Positions 49,258 to 59,434 of a stretch of DNA of 64,000 nucleotides are shown piece after piece. Position 1 is the first letter of the stretch, and each line of letters opens with the position of its first letter. A model generated the notes under the pieces. That model saw only the letters and a list, made by a program, of their open reading frames with translations, did not search any database and was not told the origin of the DNA. Origin of the DNA: an uncultured Rikenellaceae bacterium (GTDB taxonomy: Bacteria > Bacteroidota > Bacteroidia > Bacteroidales > VadinHA17); assembly GCA_964634565.1 (NCBI GenBank), contig CAZWLP010000001.1, positions 29,146 through 93,145 of the forward strand. Reading direction: 5' to 3'. Made by a program: the position numbers and the translations under genes.

Positions 49258-50238
49258 ATGGAAGAAGAAAAAAAGAATCAATCAAAGCGGCCAGGAGAAG
49301 AGAAAGATCCGGAGAAAAGCTCCAGACGTGATTTTATGAAATCGGTTGGCCTTGTTGGTGCGGCAGCAATAACAGGCGGAGCAGCAATATATTCAGGCTA
49401 TAAACACGAAAAGTCGAAGGGACCAAAAGAAACTGTGAGGGTACTAACCGAAGACAATCGATTGGTTGAGATACCGGTTGATCAGATTGAGGAAGTAGCC
49501 TCATCCCTTAAAGTATTACAAACCAGGGGACGTGAAGGTATAGCCGGACGCAGGTGGGTTATGGTTATCGACCTGGCAAAGTGCCGTAATGCAAGGCAGT
49601 GTGTTAACGCCTGCCAGTCGGCTCACGGACTAAGACCTTATGAGTATCATATCAATACTCTTGCAATGCAGGAGAATGAGACATCGGCTCCGTATTTTAT
49701 GCCGAAACCATGTCAGCATTGCGATAATCCACCCTGCGTAGCTGTCTGCCCTGTCGATGCCACATACAAGAGACAGGACGGGATAGTATTAATTGATAAT
49801 GAAAGATGCATTGGATGCCGCTTCTGTATTGCTGCCTGCCCCTACTCAGCCAGAATGTTTCACTGGGAACAACCAAAAGAGATTGATATAAGCGAAGATA
49901 CCGTCTACGATGTTGAACTCAATATCCCTCAAAGGAAGGGTACTGTTACAAAGTGCCTGTTCAGCGCCGACAGGGTAAGAGAGGGAAAATTGCCATATTG
50001 CGTATCTGCCTGCCCTAACGGGGTCTTTTATTTTGGTGACGAAAATGAAGATGCTGTAACTAATGGCACAACTAAAGAGACTGTTCGGCTGAGTCAGCTT
50101 CTGGAAGATAATGCAGGCTACCGTCTTATGCCTGAACTGGGAACTCAACCAAGGGTATACTACCTGCCTCCAAAGAATCGTCTTTTCGATTTTCCAGATG
50201 ATCAGGGCCCGGACAATATCGATAACAAACATGTTTAA
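49258..50238 (+). CDS. Tat-exported 4Fe-4S dicluster protein (NrfC/DmsB/QrcC-like)
   Basis: SRRDFMK twin-arginine signal; CQHCDNPPCVAVCP and CIGCRFCIAACP intact; motifs I and IV each lack one Cys; ends GTQPRVYY. Confidence 0.9.
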   Translation: MEEEKKNQSKRPGEEKDPEKSSRRDFMKSVGLVGAAAITGGAAIYSGYKHEKSKGPKETVRVLTEDNRLVEIPVDQIEEVASSLKVLQTRGREGIAGRRWVMVIDLAKCRNARQCVNACQSAHGLRPYEYHINTLAMQENETSAPYFMPKPCQHCDNPPCVAVCPVDATYKRQDGIVLIDNERCIGCRFCIAACPYSARMFHWEQPKEIDISEDTVYDVELNIPQRKGTVTKCLFSADRVREGKLPYCVSACPNGVFYFGDENEDAVTNGTTKETVRLSQLLEDNAGYRLMPELGTQPRVYYLPPKNRLFDFPDDQGPDNIDNKHV

Positions 50239-50254
50239 TTTGTGAATTTATTAT

Positions 50255-51601
50255 ATGTCAGATTCAGATAAAAAATTCCTTGCCCGGCCCGAAGTAATTG
50301 ATAAGGTGTCTTCTGACCTGCTCAGGCCGGTAAGGCTAAACAGGAGCTTCGTGCTCTGGATGATGCTGCTTGGCGTATCTCTTGTTCTATGCCTCTATGC
50401 TTACTCGATACAGCTCAAAAAAGGTCTGATTGTAACCGGCATGCGTGATTATATAAGCTGGGGTATGTATATAGCCAACTTTGTATTTTTTGTTGCTACA
50501 AGTCTTGTTGGTATGCTTATAAGCGCAGTACTGGGACTGATTGGTTATTCATGGGTAAAACCAATTGCAAGGATTGCCGAAATTATTGCAGTAGCTTTTG
50601 CAGCCATCGCAGGTATTGTAATTATCTCTGATATGGGTCGCCCCGAAAGATTGCCATTTTTATTCTTGCACGGCCGCATTCAGTCACCCATCCTATGGGA
50701 TGTAACTGTTGTAACAACCTATTTTGTTATCAGTCTGCTGCTTTATTTCCTCCCCCTGATTCCCGATCTGGCAATAGCCCGTAATCGTTTAATCGGAGCT
50801 CCGGTATGGTTGCAAAAGGTATATAAAATCCTTTCCTTAAGATGGGTACATAAGAACAGTCAGTACAAAATTATTATAAAATCCATCCGCATACTGCTTA
50901 TCCTGATTATCCCGACTGCCTTTGCCATTCATACAGTTACATCATGGCTCTTCGCTGTTACAACACGCGCAGGATGGGACAGTACAATATTTGGCCCCTA
51001 CTTCCTTACCGGGGCCTTTGTTGCCGGAAGTGCGGCAGTGATTATCGCTATGTTCTTTTTCAGAAATAGTTACAGGCTTAAAGACTACCTTACAGATATG
51101 CATTTTGATAAGATGTCTAAGCTGCTTGTTCTTGTTGCAATTGTTTACCTCTATTTTAATATTAACGAATTTCTGGTACCGGCATATAAGCTAAAGAAAT
51201 TTGATGCCGTGCATATACATGCTTTATTCAGTGGCCATTATGCCTTACTTTTCTGGGGCACTCAACTACTGGGTCTTATTATTCCAACTATCTTACTGCT
51301 ATTTAAACCCTTACGCAAACCTCTGCCTGCTACCATCATTTCTGTTTTTGTTATTATTGGCAGCTGGCTAAAGCGATATATAATTGTTGTACCAACACAG
51401 GAACATCCTTTCCTTCCAATACAACACGTACCAGGTGAATGGTTTGTATATAAACCAACTCTTATTGAGACAGCAATAACCATGGGATCGATAATTCTGG
51501 TACTTATAATTATTAGTGTCCTCTCAAAAATCTTTCCTGTAATACCTATCTGGGAAATGGCAGAGGAAAGAGAAAAAGAATTAAGAGATAAAGAGAGATA
51601 A
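50255..51601 (+). CDS. NrfD/PsrC-family quinol-binding membrane subunit
   Basis: WGMYIANFVF, DMGRPER, SPILWD, HTVTSW, FGPYF; about 10 TM. Confidence 0.9.
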   Translation: MSDSDKKFLARPEVIDKVSSDLLRPVRLNRSFVLWMMLLGVSLVLCLYAYSIQLKKGLIVTGMRDYISWGMYIANFVFFVATSLVGMLISAVLGLIGYSWVKPIARIAEIIAVAFAAIAGIVIISDMGRPERLPFLFLHGRIQSPILWDVTVVTTYFVISLLLYFLPLIPDLAIARNRLIGAPVWLQKVYKILSLRWVHKNSQYKIIIKSIRILLILIIPTAFAIHTVTSWLFAVTTRAGWDSTIFGPYFLTGAFVAGSAAVIIAMFFFRNSYRLKDYLTDMHFDKMSKLLVLVAIVYLYFNINEFLVPAYKLKKFDAVHIHALFSGHYALLFWGTQLLGLIIPTILLLFKPLRKPLPATIISVFVIIGSWLKRYIIVVPTQEHPFLPIQHVPGEWFVYKPTLIETAITMGSIILVLIIISVLSKIFPVIPIWEMAEEREKELRDKER

Positions 51602-51616
51602 TACAAAAACCAGGCA

Positions 51617-52516
51617 ATGAGATATAAACTATTAATATTATTAATCTTATTAGGACAGCAGATTGTTTTAGCCCAGAAATGGGAAGTCCCCCAGGACAGA
51701 AGCGACAAACTCTCTACTTTTGAATTTACTGATGCCACAAGAAATGCAGGTGAAGCTATCTATTCTCTCGACTGTAAATCATGTCATGGAAATCCCGGCA
51801 AGGGTAACTACCAGTCCCTTAACCCAATACCAGGAGATCCGGCAACAGAAAAGATACAGATTAACAGTGATGGTGCCCTTCATTATAAGATAAGTGAAGG
51901 AAGAGGACTGATGCCATCGTTTAAAAGGATTTTATCTCCGGATGATATCTGGAATGTTATATCCTTCCTCAGAAGCTTTAACCCCGACTATAAACAGGTG
52001 TTTGCAACAGCAAGCAAACTAACTAACCTGAAGTGGTCGGAGATTAAGATCATGGTTGATCTTATTGAAGAGAAACATCAGCTTGTTGCAAAACTTATCG
52101 GACTGGAAGGAGATAAATGGACTCCTGTTACTGACACTGAATTAAGGTTAACGGCAAAAAGATATTTTGGAACCATAGCTATTGACGATCCAAAGATATC
52201 TGATAGCAAAGGCGAAGCTATATTTGATGTTTCCGGTGATTTGCCCGGAAATAGCGAAGGTGGAATTGAGCTTACTGTTCAGCTAACAGATTTAGAATTA
52301 TTCGGAGACCTTAAAAAAGATACAATACTGATTATCGGGATCGCTTCCCTGGCACCGCCATTAAATAAGGAAAGAGCAATGTGGAACATTAACAGGAAGG
52401 CCCCTGTCTGGCTGATATTAGCATATTCAGCAGTTTTGCTAACAGTATGGTGCTTTATATTTTATGTCCTGTTCAGGCTCAGGACCATTCACAAGGAAGG
52501 AGAAGACGAAGAATAA
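51617..52516 (+). CDS. Monoheme cytochrome c with extra beta domain and C-terminal membrane anchor
   Basis: Signal peptide (VLA-Q), CKSCH, distal Met in GRGLMPSF, C-terminal TM helix. Confidence 0.85.
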   Translation: MRYKLLILLILLGQQIVLAQKWEVPQDRSDKLSTFEFTDATRNAGEAIYSLDCKSCHGNPGKGNYQSLNPIPGDPATEKIQINSDGALHYKISEGRGLMPSFKRILSPDDIWNVISFLRSFNPDYKQVFATASKLTNLKWSEIKIMVDLIEEKHQLVAKLIGLEGDKWTPVTDTELRLTAKRYFGTIAIDDPKISDSKGEAIFDVSGDLPGNSEGGIELTVQLTDLELFGDLKKDTILIIGIASLAPPLNKERAMWNINRKAPVWLILAYSAVLLTVWCFIFYVLFRLRTIHKEGEDEE

Positions 52517-52534
52517 TATTTCTTATATGCAACT

Positions 52535-54949
52535 CTACCTGATAAAATTCAGGTCCATATTCTCTTCCTGAGCCCTTTGCCTGTAATTGTTGAAATTATA
52601 TGTAAATGTAAGAGTAACAACCTGTGATTCGGGTTGCATTGAAGTTATCGTAAGGTAGTCTTCTCCTCGTATTTCGTTCTCCATTACAAATGTCTTGAAC
52701 AGGTCTCTTACACTTAGAGCAAGAGAAGCCTTTCTTTTTAACAACTCCTGACGTACACCAAAATTAAACATATACGATTCCTTACGCGATCCCTGGAGGG
52801 TAATCGATGGTCCGTTATAAATTGCAGATAATGTAAGTCGTGTACTTTTTGTAGGAAGAAAAACTGAAGTAAAGTTTGCTGTCCACACAAAACTGCTATT
52901 ATCATTTTCTTCGTAAAACGTATCATCCTCAAGTACATAATAATAAAAGTTACCCGTAGTTATCACTCTAAGCCACTGTGCAGGCTGAATATTTGCCATC
53001 AGTTCGGTTCCTGCTGAATGTGACCTGTTGGCATTTACAAAGTGCTGATGCATAACACCATCATCCTCAGGTGTAAGGATGTTGGTCATAAGATCATTTA
53101 CCATCCTGTAATAAGCCTCTGCAGAAACAAAACCCATCTTTACCTGATTCTGGTAGGCCAGCTCGTAGGAGTCGATAAATTCAGGTCTTATATCAGGACT
53201 GCCACTTACAATAAGCTGGTTGTCGGCATACTGCCTTACCGGGTTAAGTTGCTGACGTCCCGGCCTGTTAATCCGCCTGCTATAGCTTAGCTGCAATTGC
53301 TGGTTATCTTTAAATTTCCTGGTAATATTAGCGCTTGGAAATACATTAAATTTCGAATAGGAGTACTCTGTTGAGCTGTCGACCTGCTCAAGAATCCTGT
53401 CGGTATATTCATTTCTTAAGCCCAGCTGGTAATTAAACTTTCCAAGGTCTCCACCCCAGGTAAGGTAAACTGCATAAATAGTCCTGTCTAGTTGAAACTC
53501 ATTACTTAATGCCGCGTCCTCAACCCAGGTTCCACCCGGAAGCACATAATCTTCGTGTACCTGGTCATTATTTTCAAGCAGCCTGCGATACTGGTATCCA
53601 AGCTCCAGTTTCCCTTTCCCTTCAAAGCTATTTTCATAGTCTGTCTTTAACCGTATATCATTAATATCCATTGCATTATTTAGTCTCCTGCGATCTGTAA
53701 AAACACCTGTAGGCTGCCAGCTGGCATCCATGGCTTCCTCAGACAGTCCCTGGATAAGATTACCCTGAAAGCCACCTACAAACATGCTGGTCTGCATTTT
53801 GCTACCCTCCTTCTTAAACTTATGATCCCAGGTAATATCTGGCATATAGAATGTACCATTTACCTGCAGGTCGTTAGAAAAATTGAAATTACCTGTTAAG
53901 ACCGGATCTGTTACTGTCCGGACTATTTCATTATCAACCAGGGCATTAATATCCTGGGGACCAAATCGTCCTGACAGACTGATACTATTACGCTCGTTAA
54001 TGCTATAATCCATTCCAAGGTTCCCTACCAAGGTGTTTATTTTTGCAGACTGCCCAAAACCGTTTGTTATCTCGCTCTCATTCCCTGGTGCTGAGGTTTC
54101 GCGAAAGATACTCCCGCTTACATCCGTATTATAACTTGTACCTGTTACACCTGCAAACATATTTACTTTCCCCTTACGATAATTAAATTGAGCATCCCCA
54201 TTATACTTATCCCTCAGTCCTGCCATCAATGAAATCTGACCATTAAGACCTGCCTCAGTCTGCTTTTTCAGAACCAGATTAATTATTCCTGTAACTCCAT
54301 CCGGATCGTATTTTGCAGAAGGGTTAGTCATTATCTCAATATCCTCAACCATCTCAGGTGGTATCTGCCGAAGCATATTAATCCCTACTCCCGGCACCGG
54401 TTTCCCGTCGATCAAAAGAGTATAATTTCCACTACCCCTCAGTAAGACATTACCCTCGGCATCAAGTGTAACAGACGGGGCATTTTCGAGTACCTCCGAG
54501 AGAGTAGAGGCACCTGCGTCCTGAAACTCCTTCACCTTCAGTATCTTCTTATTATCACGGTATACTATCTGTGGTTTTACTGCAACAACACTTACACTGC
54601 CCAGGTCTTCAGCTGCTTCAACAAGTGCGATATCGCCCACATCAAAAACAGGATCATCATCAGACAGGCTGAAGCTAAAGCTTTTTGCCATATATCCGAC
54701 AAATGTAGCAGTGAGCGTGTACACTCCTGCCGGCAAATCACTAATAATAAATTCTCCATTAAGGTCAGTGGCAGCCCCGGTTATTATCGACGAATCTGGC
54801 TGACTGTATACTGCTATCGTTGCATTCTCAATAGTAGTTGCGTTTATCCCGTCAATCACCCGCCCTTTAACCTGTCCTGATAATACAGGCCTGGCAATCA
54901 TGGGAGGAATCAAAAATATTGAAATAAATAAAATAATTACCCTTTTCAT
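52535..54949 (-). CDS. TonB-dependent / outer-membrane beta-barrel protein with N-terminal carboxypeptidase-like domain
   Basis: GRVID...IENATI, LENAPSV, LIDGKP, TNPSAKYD..G..GIIN, YSRRINRP, C-terminal FTYNFN. Confidence 0.85.
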   Translation of the reverse strand: MKRVIILFISIFLIPPMIARPVLSGQVKGRVIDGINATTIENATIAVYSQPDSSIITGAATDLNGEFIISDLPAGVYTLTATFVGYMAKSFSFSLSDDDPVFDVGDIALVEAAEDLGSVSVVAVKPQIVYRDNKKILKVKEFQDAGASTLSEVLENAPSVTLDAEGNVLLRGSGNYTLLIDGKPVPGVGINMLRQIPPEMVEDIEIMTNPSAKYDPDGVTGIINLVLKKQTEAGLNGQISLMAGLRDKYNGDAQFNYRKGKVNMFAGVTGTSYNTDVSGSIFRETSAPGNESEITNGFGQSAKINTLVGNLGMDYSINERNSISLSGRFGPQDINALVDNEIVRTVTDPVLTGNFNFSNDLQVNGTFYMPDITWDHKFKKEGSKMQTSMFVGGFQGNLIQGLSEEAMDASWQPTGVFTDRRRLNNAMDINDIRLKTDYENSFEGKGKLELGYQYRRLLENNDQVHEDYVLPGGTWVEDAALSNEFQLDRTIYAVYLTWGGDLGKFNYQLGLRNEYTDRILEQVDSSTEYSYSKFNVFPSANITRKFKDNQQLQLSYSRRINRPGRQQLNPVRQYADNQLIVSGSPDIRPEFIDSYELAYQNQVKMGFVSAEAYYRMVNDLMTNILTPEDDGVMHQHFVNANRSHSAGTELMANIQPAQWLRVITTGNFYYYVLEDDTFYEENDNSSFVWTANFTSVFLPTKSTRLTLSAIYNGPSITLQGSRKESYMFNFGVRQELLKRKASLALSVRDLFKTFVMENEIRGEDYLTITSMQPESQVVTLTFTYNFNNYRQRAQEENMDLNFIR

Positions 54950-55060
54950 AGCTGGTTTTTAATAGTTAGTTTTATTTTCCCATTAATAACTACATCATTC
55001 TAAAAACAAATATCATATTACCTTACAACTCCTGAAAAAAAAATCTATTTCTTACCCTGA

Positions 55061-55136
55061 TTTATCTGTGAAACAGGAGTAATAGGCCCTAAGACCATTT
55101 ATGCCGGTTCACAGATAAAATGGCATTACTTACAGA
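55061..55136. promoter_or_regulatory. Putative LytTR-binding region
   Basis: Perfect 12-bp inverted repeat TTTATCTGTGAA (55061-55072) / TTCACAGATAAA (55108-55119), and ACAGA repeated 21 bp apart (55111, 55132). Confidence 0.4.
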
Positions 55137-55201
55137 ATATTTTTGGTGAGCGCTGGCGATTTTAGTTACATTTACAGCTCAATTAGTAACAGTAAGAAAA
55201 T

Positions 55202-56227
55202 ATGAAGAAGGTTGCAATCATATTTATCCATGTGATGATATGGCTTATTGTCATTGTGGCACCGGTATTTCTTTCGCTTGTTTCAAAGGATGTGCCAGAT
55301 GATATACTAACCTATTACATTATTGAATCATTCTTTCACCCTATTGTCTTTTATACCTTCTTTATATATATAATTCCTGCAACCATATACCGTAAAGGGA
55401 AAGTTATATCTACTATTTTCATCTACCTCCTGACTATGGTGGCCCTTGTTGCAATAAAAACCGGGATAATATATGCGATTATAAATATTGCAGAGCTTGA
55501 CCTCGGAGATCACAATATGTTCGATATAAGAACTATCGCAGGAACATGTGTAAATATGGTTTTTATGATTGTTCTGGCCCTGCTTGTAAGAATAGCTATA
55601 TACTGGGCCAGGGATCAGCGCAAAAGCACAGAATTGCAATTACAGGAACATAAGATGGAGGTAGAGTTGCTGAAAGCACAAATAAATCCGCATTTCTTTT
55701 TCAATACACTTAATAACATCTACTCGCTGGTATATAAAAAATCAGATGATGCACCTGCTGCTGTAATGAAACTATCTGAGATTATGAGATATATTATCTA
55801 CGATTCAAAATCGCAGATGGTGCCAATGGAGAAAGAAGTTGAACAACTCTATAATTATATAGAACTGGAAAGACTCAGATCACGCGACCCCGAATTTATT
55901 GAAATCGAGACAAGGGGAAATATGTCTGCTCATGTTGTACCACCAATGATCTTTCTGTCGTTCGCCGAAAATGCATTTAAACACGGCAAGCGTAAAGTTA
56001 AAAAGCCGGGTATAAAATTCAGTATTATTATTGAGGATGGTAAAATAAAATTTAATGTTATTAATTACATCCTTACCGAACCACATAATAATCATATAGG
56101 TGAAGGTATAGGCTTACAAAATACAAGAAGGAGGATAGAACTATTATACCCGAATTGTCATAAGCTGAGTATCAGGAAGGATAATGAAAAATATGAGGTA
56201 AGATTAGAACTAACATGTAAAAGCTAA
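55202..56227 (+). CDS. LytS/YehU-family sensor histidine kinase
   Basis: TM helices; LKAQINPHFFFNTLNNIY, ENAFKHG, GIGLQN. Confidence 0.92.
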   Translation: MKKVAIIFIHVMIWLIVIVAPVFLSLVSKDVPDDILTYYIIESFFHPIVFYTFFIYIIPATIYRKGKVISTIFIYLLTMVALVAIKTGIIYAIINIAELDLGDHNMFDIRTIAGTCVNMVFMIVLALLVRIAIYWARDQRKSTELQLQEHKMEVELLKAQINPHFFFNTLNNIYSLVYKKSDDAPAAVMKLSEIMRYIIYDSKSQMVPMEKEVEQLYNYIELERLRSRDPEFIEIETRGNMSAHVVPPMIFLSFAENAFKHGKRKVKKPGIKFSIIIEDGKIKFNVINYILTEPHNNHIGEGIGLQNTRRRIELLYPNCHKLSIRKDNEKYEVRLELTCKS

Positions 56228-56233
56228 TTAGAG

Positions 56234-56962
56234 ATGAAACTAAGATGCATTGCCATAGATGATGAGCCTCTGGCTCTTGAAATAATAAGCGATTATATTT
56301 CAAAGGTCCCCTTCCTGGAGCTGATTGAGACTTTCGATAATGCTCTCGACTCAATAGATTTTATAAAAACCCGCGAACCTGATCTTATGTTCCTTGATAT
56401 TCAGATGGAATCGTTTACCGGCATCCAGCTTGTTCAGTCCCTTTCAAAACGTCCGGAGGTTATTTTTACAACGGCGCACGACAATTATGCAGTGGAAGGC
56501 TTCGAATTAAATGCTGCCGACTACCTTTTGAAACCTATCTCATTTGAAAGATTTGTAAAGGCCGTCGATAAAGTTTATAATAAGCTGCGGCCATATCCTG
56601 AAAAGAGGAAATATTCAGAAGTTACAATATCGAATCCGGCAGAAAAGTATTTTTTTGTTAAAACAGAAAACAGATTACAGAAGGTTTTTTATGATGATAT
56701 CCTATATATTGAAGGGCAGGGGGATTATCTCAGAATAATTTCCAGGCTTGATAAAATTATGACCCTTCAGAATTTTAAGACCCTCAAAGCGATACTGCCT
56801 GAAAGCAACTTTATCAGAGTGCATAAATCATATATGGTTGCAATTGATAAGATTGATAGTGTGAGTAGAAACAGAATTACAATTGGTGAAACTATTATTC
56901 CTATAAGCGATAGCTATAAGAATAACTTTAACGACACCATCAGAGAGAAAGGACTGATTTAA
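56234..56962 (+). CDS. LytTR-family response regulator
   Basis: DDE, FLDIQM, FTTA, DYLLKP; LytTR domain FIRVHKSY. Confidence 0.93.
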   Translation: MKLRCIAIDDEPLALEIISDYISKVPFLELIETFDNALDSIDFIKTREPDLMFLDIQMESFTGIQLVQSLSKRPEVIFTTAHDNYAVEGFELNAADYLLKPISFERFVKAVDKVYNKLRPYPEKRKYSEVTISNPAEKYFFVKTENRLQKVFYDDILYIEGQGDYLRIISRLDKIMTLQNFKTLKAILPESNFIRVHKSYMVAIDKIDSVSRNRITIGETIIPISDSYKNNFNDTIREKGLI

Positions 56963-56972
56963 TAAATCCTAA

Positions 56973-57968
56973 ATGAAGAAACATCTTATTAATTCTGCTG
57001 CTGGTATTGGCTTTGCATCCCTGTTTATGTTTCTTACCCTGAGAAACAAACCGATGGGTGAGATATTCTCACTTCTGGCTGAGGCCAGAACAGGATGGAT
57101 CCTTTCCAGCATTGTGTTTTTGAGTCTGATATTCCTCTTCAGAACACTTCGCTGGCAACTATTCCTAAACAATAACCATGAAAATGCTCCGCTTAAACAT
57201 GTAGCATATTCCCTTCTTCTGGGCACCTTTGTAAATGCTTTTACTCCCAAACTGGGCGAGGTGATAAGGTGTACATCCCTCGAAAAAAGCACTGGTATAA
57301 GTACATCAAAAGCAATGGGCACGGTTATCTCCGACAGGATATGGGATCTGGTAGTACTTTTTTCAGGAGTTATTATTATACTCCTTTTCGAATTTGAAAA
57401 ACTCGGGTCTCTTGTTGTTGAGGCCTTTAAAACTATGTTTAGTTCATTTGGCAACAATATAACAGGGATATTGATTATTATCCTAATAATTGTCTCTGTA
57501 ATATTAAGCGCCTGGTACCTGGCAAAAAGATTTGGTCTTTCTGAGAAGATCAGAATTTTCTGGAAAGGAGTTATCTCTACCGCACGAAAAACATTCAGAA
57601 TAAAAAGATCACAAACATTCGCTCTATATACCCTACTTATCTGGATACTTATGATTCTAATGAATTATGCCTGCCTGAGAGCTCTTCCATCCACCGATAA
57701 CCTGAGCCTGTATTTTGCGGCGGTAGCATTATTTATTGGGACACTTGGATGGGCGATTCCAAGTCCTGCCGGGATAGGAACATCACATTTCTTTGTTTTA
57801 CAGTTATTTATTCTCTTCGGACTGAGTAAAGAATCGGGTGTTGCATATGGACTTCTGATAAACGGAGTTCAGGTGATAATTACATTAGGATCAGGAGTGT
57901 TAATGCTTACGGCAGTATATATTTACAGAATTATTAAACCCTTACCTGAGTCAGAATCTGAACAATAA
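56973..57968 (+). CDS. Lysylphosphatidylglycerol synthase TM-region (UPF0104, flippase-like) protein
   Basis: RTLRW, PKLGEVIR, DRIWD, PSPAGIG; multi-TM. Confidence 0.82.
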   Translation: MKKHLINSAAGIGFASLFMFLTLRNKPMGEIFSLLAEARTGWILSSIVFLSLIFLFRTLRWQLFLNNNHENAPLKHVAYSLLLGTFVNAFTPKLGEVIRCTSLEKSTGISTSKAMGTVISDRIWDLVVLFSGVIIILLFEFEKLGSLVVEAFKTMFSSFGNNITGILIIILIIVSVILSAWYLAKRFGLSEKIRIFWKGVISTARKTFRIKRSQTFALYTLLIWILMILMNYACLRALPSTDNLSLYFAAVALFIGTLGWAIPSPAGIGTSHFFVLQLFILFGLSKESGVAYGLLINGVQVIITLGSGVLMLTAVYIYRIIKPLPESESEQ

Positions 57969-57991
57969 TAATAGTAGTTGGTTAAGAAAAT

Positions 57992-59314
57992 ATGAGCAGA
58001 AAATTATATATAGAAACCTATGGTTGCCAGATGAATGTAGCCGACAGCGAAGTGGTGGTGTCGATTATGAAGGAAAAAGGTTACTCTGTAACCGAAGATA
58101 TCAACGCTGCTGATTTAATCCTGATAAATACATGCTCGATCAGGGATAATGCTGAGCAAAGAGTCTGGGGAAGGCTGGATTTATTTAAGAGTATCAAAAG
58201 GAATAAACCGGGTACTCTTGTAGGGGTTATTGGCTGCATGGCTGAACGACTTAAGGAGCAACTTCTGGAAACCGGCAAGATGGTAGATATTGTTGTTGGA
58301 CCGGATGCATACCGAGACCTCCCACGCCTGGTCGGAGATGCCTTCGAAGGACATAAGGGAGTTAATGTCCTGCTCTCAAGGGAGGAAACTTATTCAGATA
58401 TATCTCCTGTTAGAATGGACCGGAATGGTGTTTCGTCCTTTGTATCAATTATGAGGGGATGTAATAATATGTGTTCATACTGTGTCGTTCCCTACGTCCG
58501 TGGTGCAGAACGCAGCAGGGATCCTGAAACTATTTTAAGAGAAGTAAGAGAACTTTTCGACGCTGGCTACAGGGAAGTAACTTTACTCGGACAAAATGTT
58601 GATTCGTATAAGTGGGAAAAGGGTAAAGACAAAATTGGATTTTCAGAGTTACTGGAGAAAGTGGCGCTATTTAATAAGAATATGCGCGTACGCTTTTCTA
58701 CCTCCCACCCTAAGGATATGTCGGATGAAGTACTTTATACAATGAGCAGGCACGCTAATATATGCAAACATATACACCTGCCGGCACAGAGTGGAAGCAG
58801 CAGGATATTGGACTTAATGAATCGCAAATACGACCGCCAGTGGTATATGGGAAGAATTGAAGCTATTCGAAGAATTCTTCCCGAATGCTCTGTTTCAACA
58901 GATATGATTACAGGTTTCTGTACTGAAACAGAAGAAGACCACAGTGAATCTCTTAGCCTTATGAAAGAAGTTGGTTACGACTTTGCCTATATGTTTAAAT
59001 ATAGTGAAAGACCCAATACTAAAGCAGCCCGGAAATATAAGGATGATGTGCCGGAAGATATAAAAACACGAAGGCTGAATGAGATTATAAAGCTTCAGAA
59101 CCGCATGTCGGAGGCAAGTAAAAAGAGCGACCTGGGTAAGACATTCGAAGTGCTCGTTGAAGGAATATCCAAAAAGTCGGATAAAGAATTATCAGGCCGT
59201 ACATCACAAAATAAAGTAGTTGTATTTCCCCGCAAGGATTACAAGCCTGGCGATTATGTGAGGGTGAAAATTATTGACTGCACCTCTGCGACCCTGCTTG
59301 GTAATCCGGAGTAA
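57992..59314 (+). CDS. miaB: tRNA-2-methylthio-N6-dimethylallyladenosine synthase
   Basis: [21 protein letters not shown], radical-SAM [17 protein letters not shown] domain. Confidence 0.97.
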   Translation: MSRKLYIETYGCQMNVADSEVVVSIMKEKGYSVTEDINAADLILINTCSIRDNAEQRVWGRLDLFKSIKRNKPGTLVGVIGCMAERLKEQLLETGKMVDIVVGPDAYRDLPRLVGDAFEGHKGVNVLLSREETYSDISPVRMDRNGVSSFVSIMRGCNNMCSYCVVPYVRGAERSRDPETILREVRELFDAGYREVTLLGQNVDSYKWEKGKDKIGFSELLEKVALFNKNMRVRFSTSHPKDMSDEVLYTMSRHANICKHIHLPAQSGSSRILDLMNRKYDRQWYMGRIEAIRRILPECSVSTDMITGFCTETEEDHSESLSLMKEVGYDFAYMFKYSERPNTKAARKYKDDVPEDIKTRRLNEIIKLQNRMSEASKKSDLGKTFEVLVEGISKKSDKELSGRTSQNKVVVFPRKDYKPGDYVRVKIIDCTSATLLGNPE

Positions 59315-59434
59315 GTATTTACCTGTCTGTTTATCAAGTTATTACAATTATTCGGAATATGCATTTTATTGGGATTATTCCAATTAATTGTATAAATTTA
59401 CGTTGAACATATACCTAACTTAAATAATCAGAGT

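Noticed and set aside
49582-49965. Selenocysteine or stop-codon recoding behind the missing Fe-S cysteines
   Set aside because: The codons are GCA and AGC, not TGA; I saw no in-frame stop readthrough anywhere in the window.
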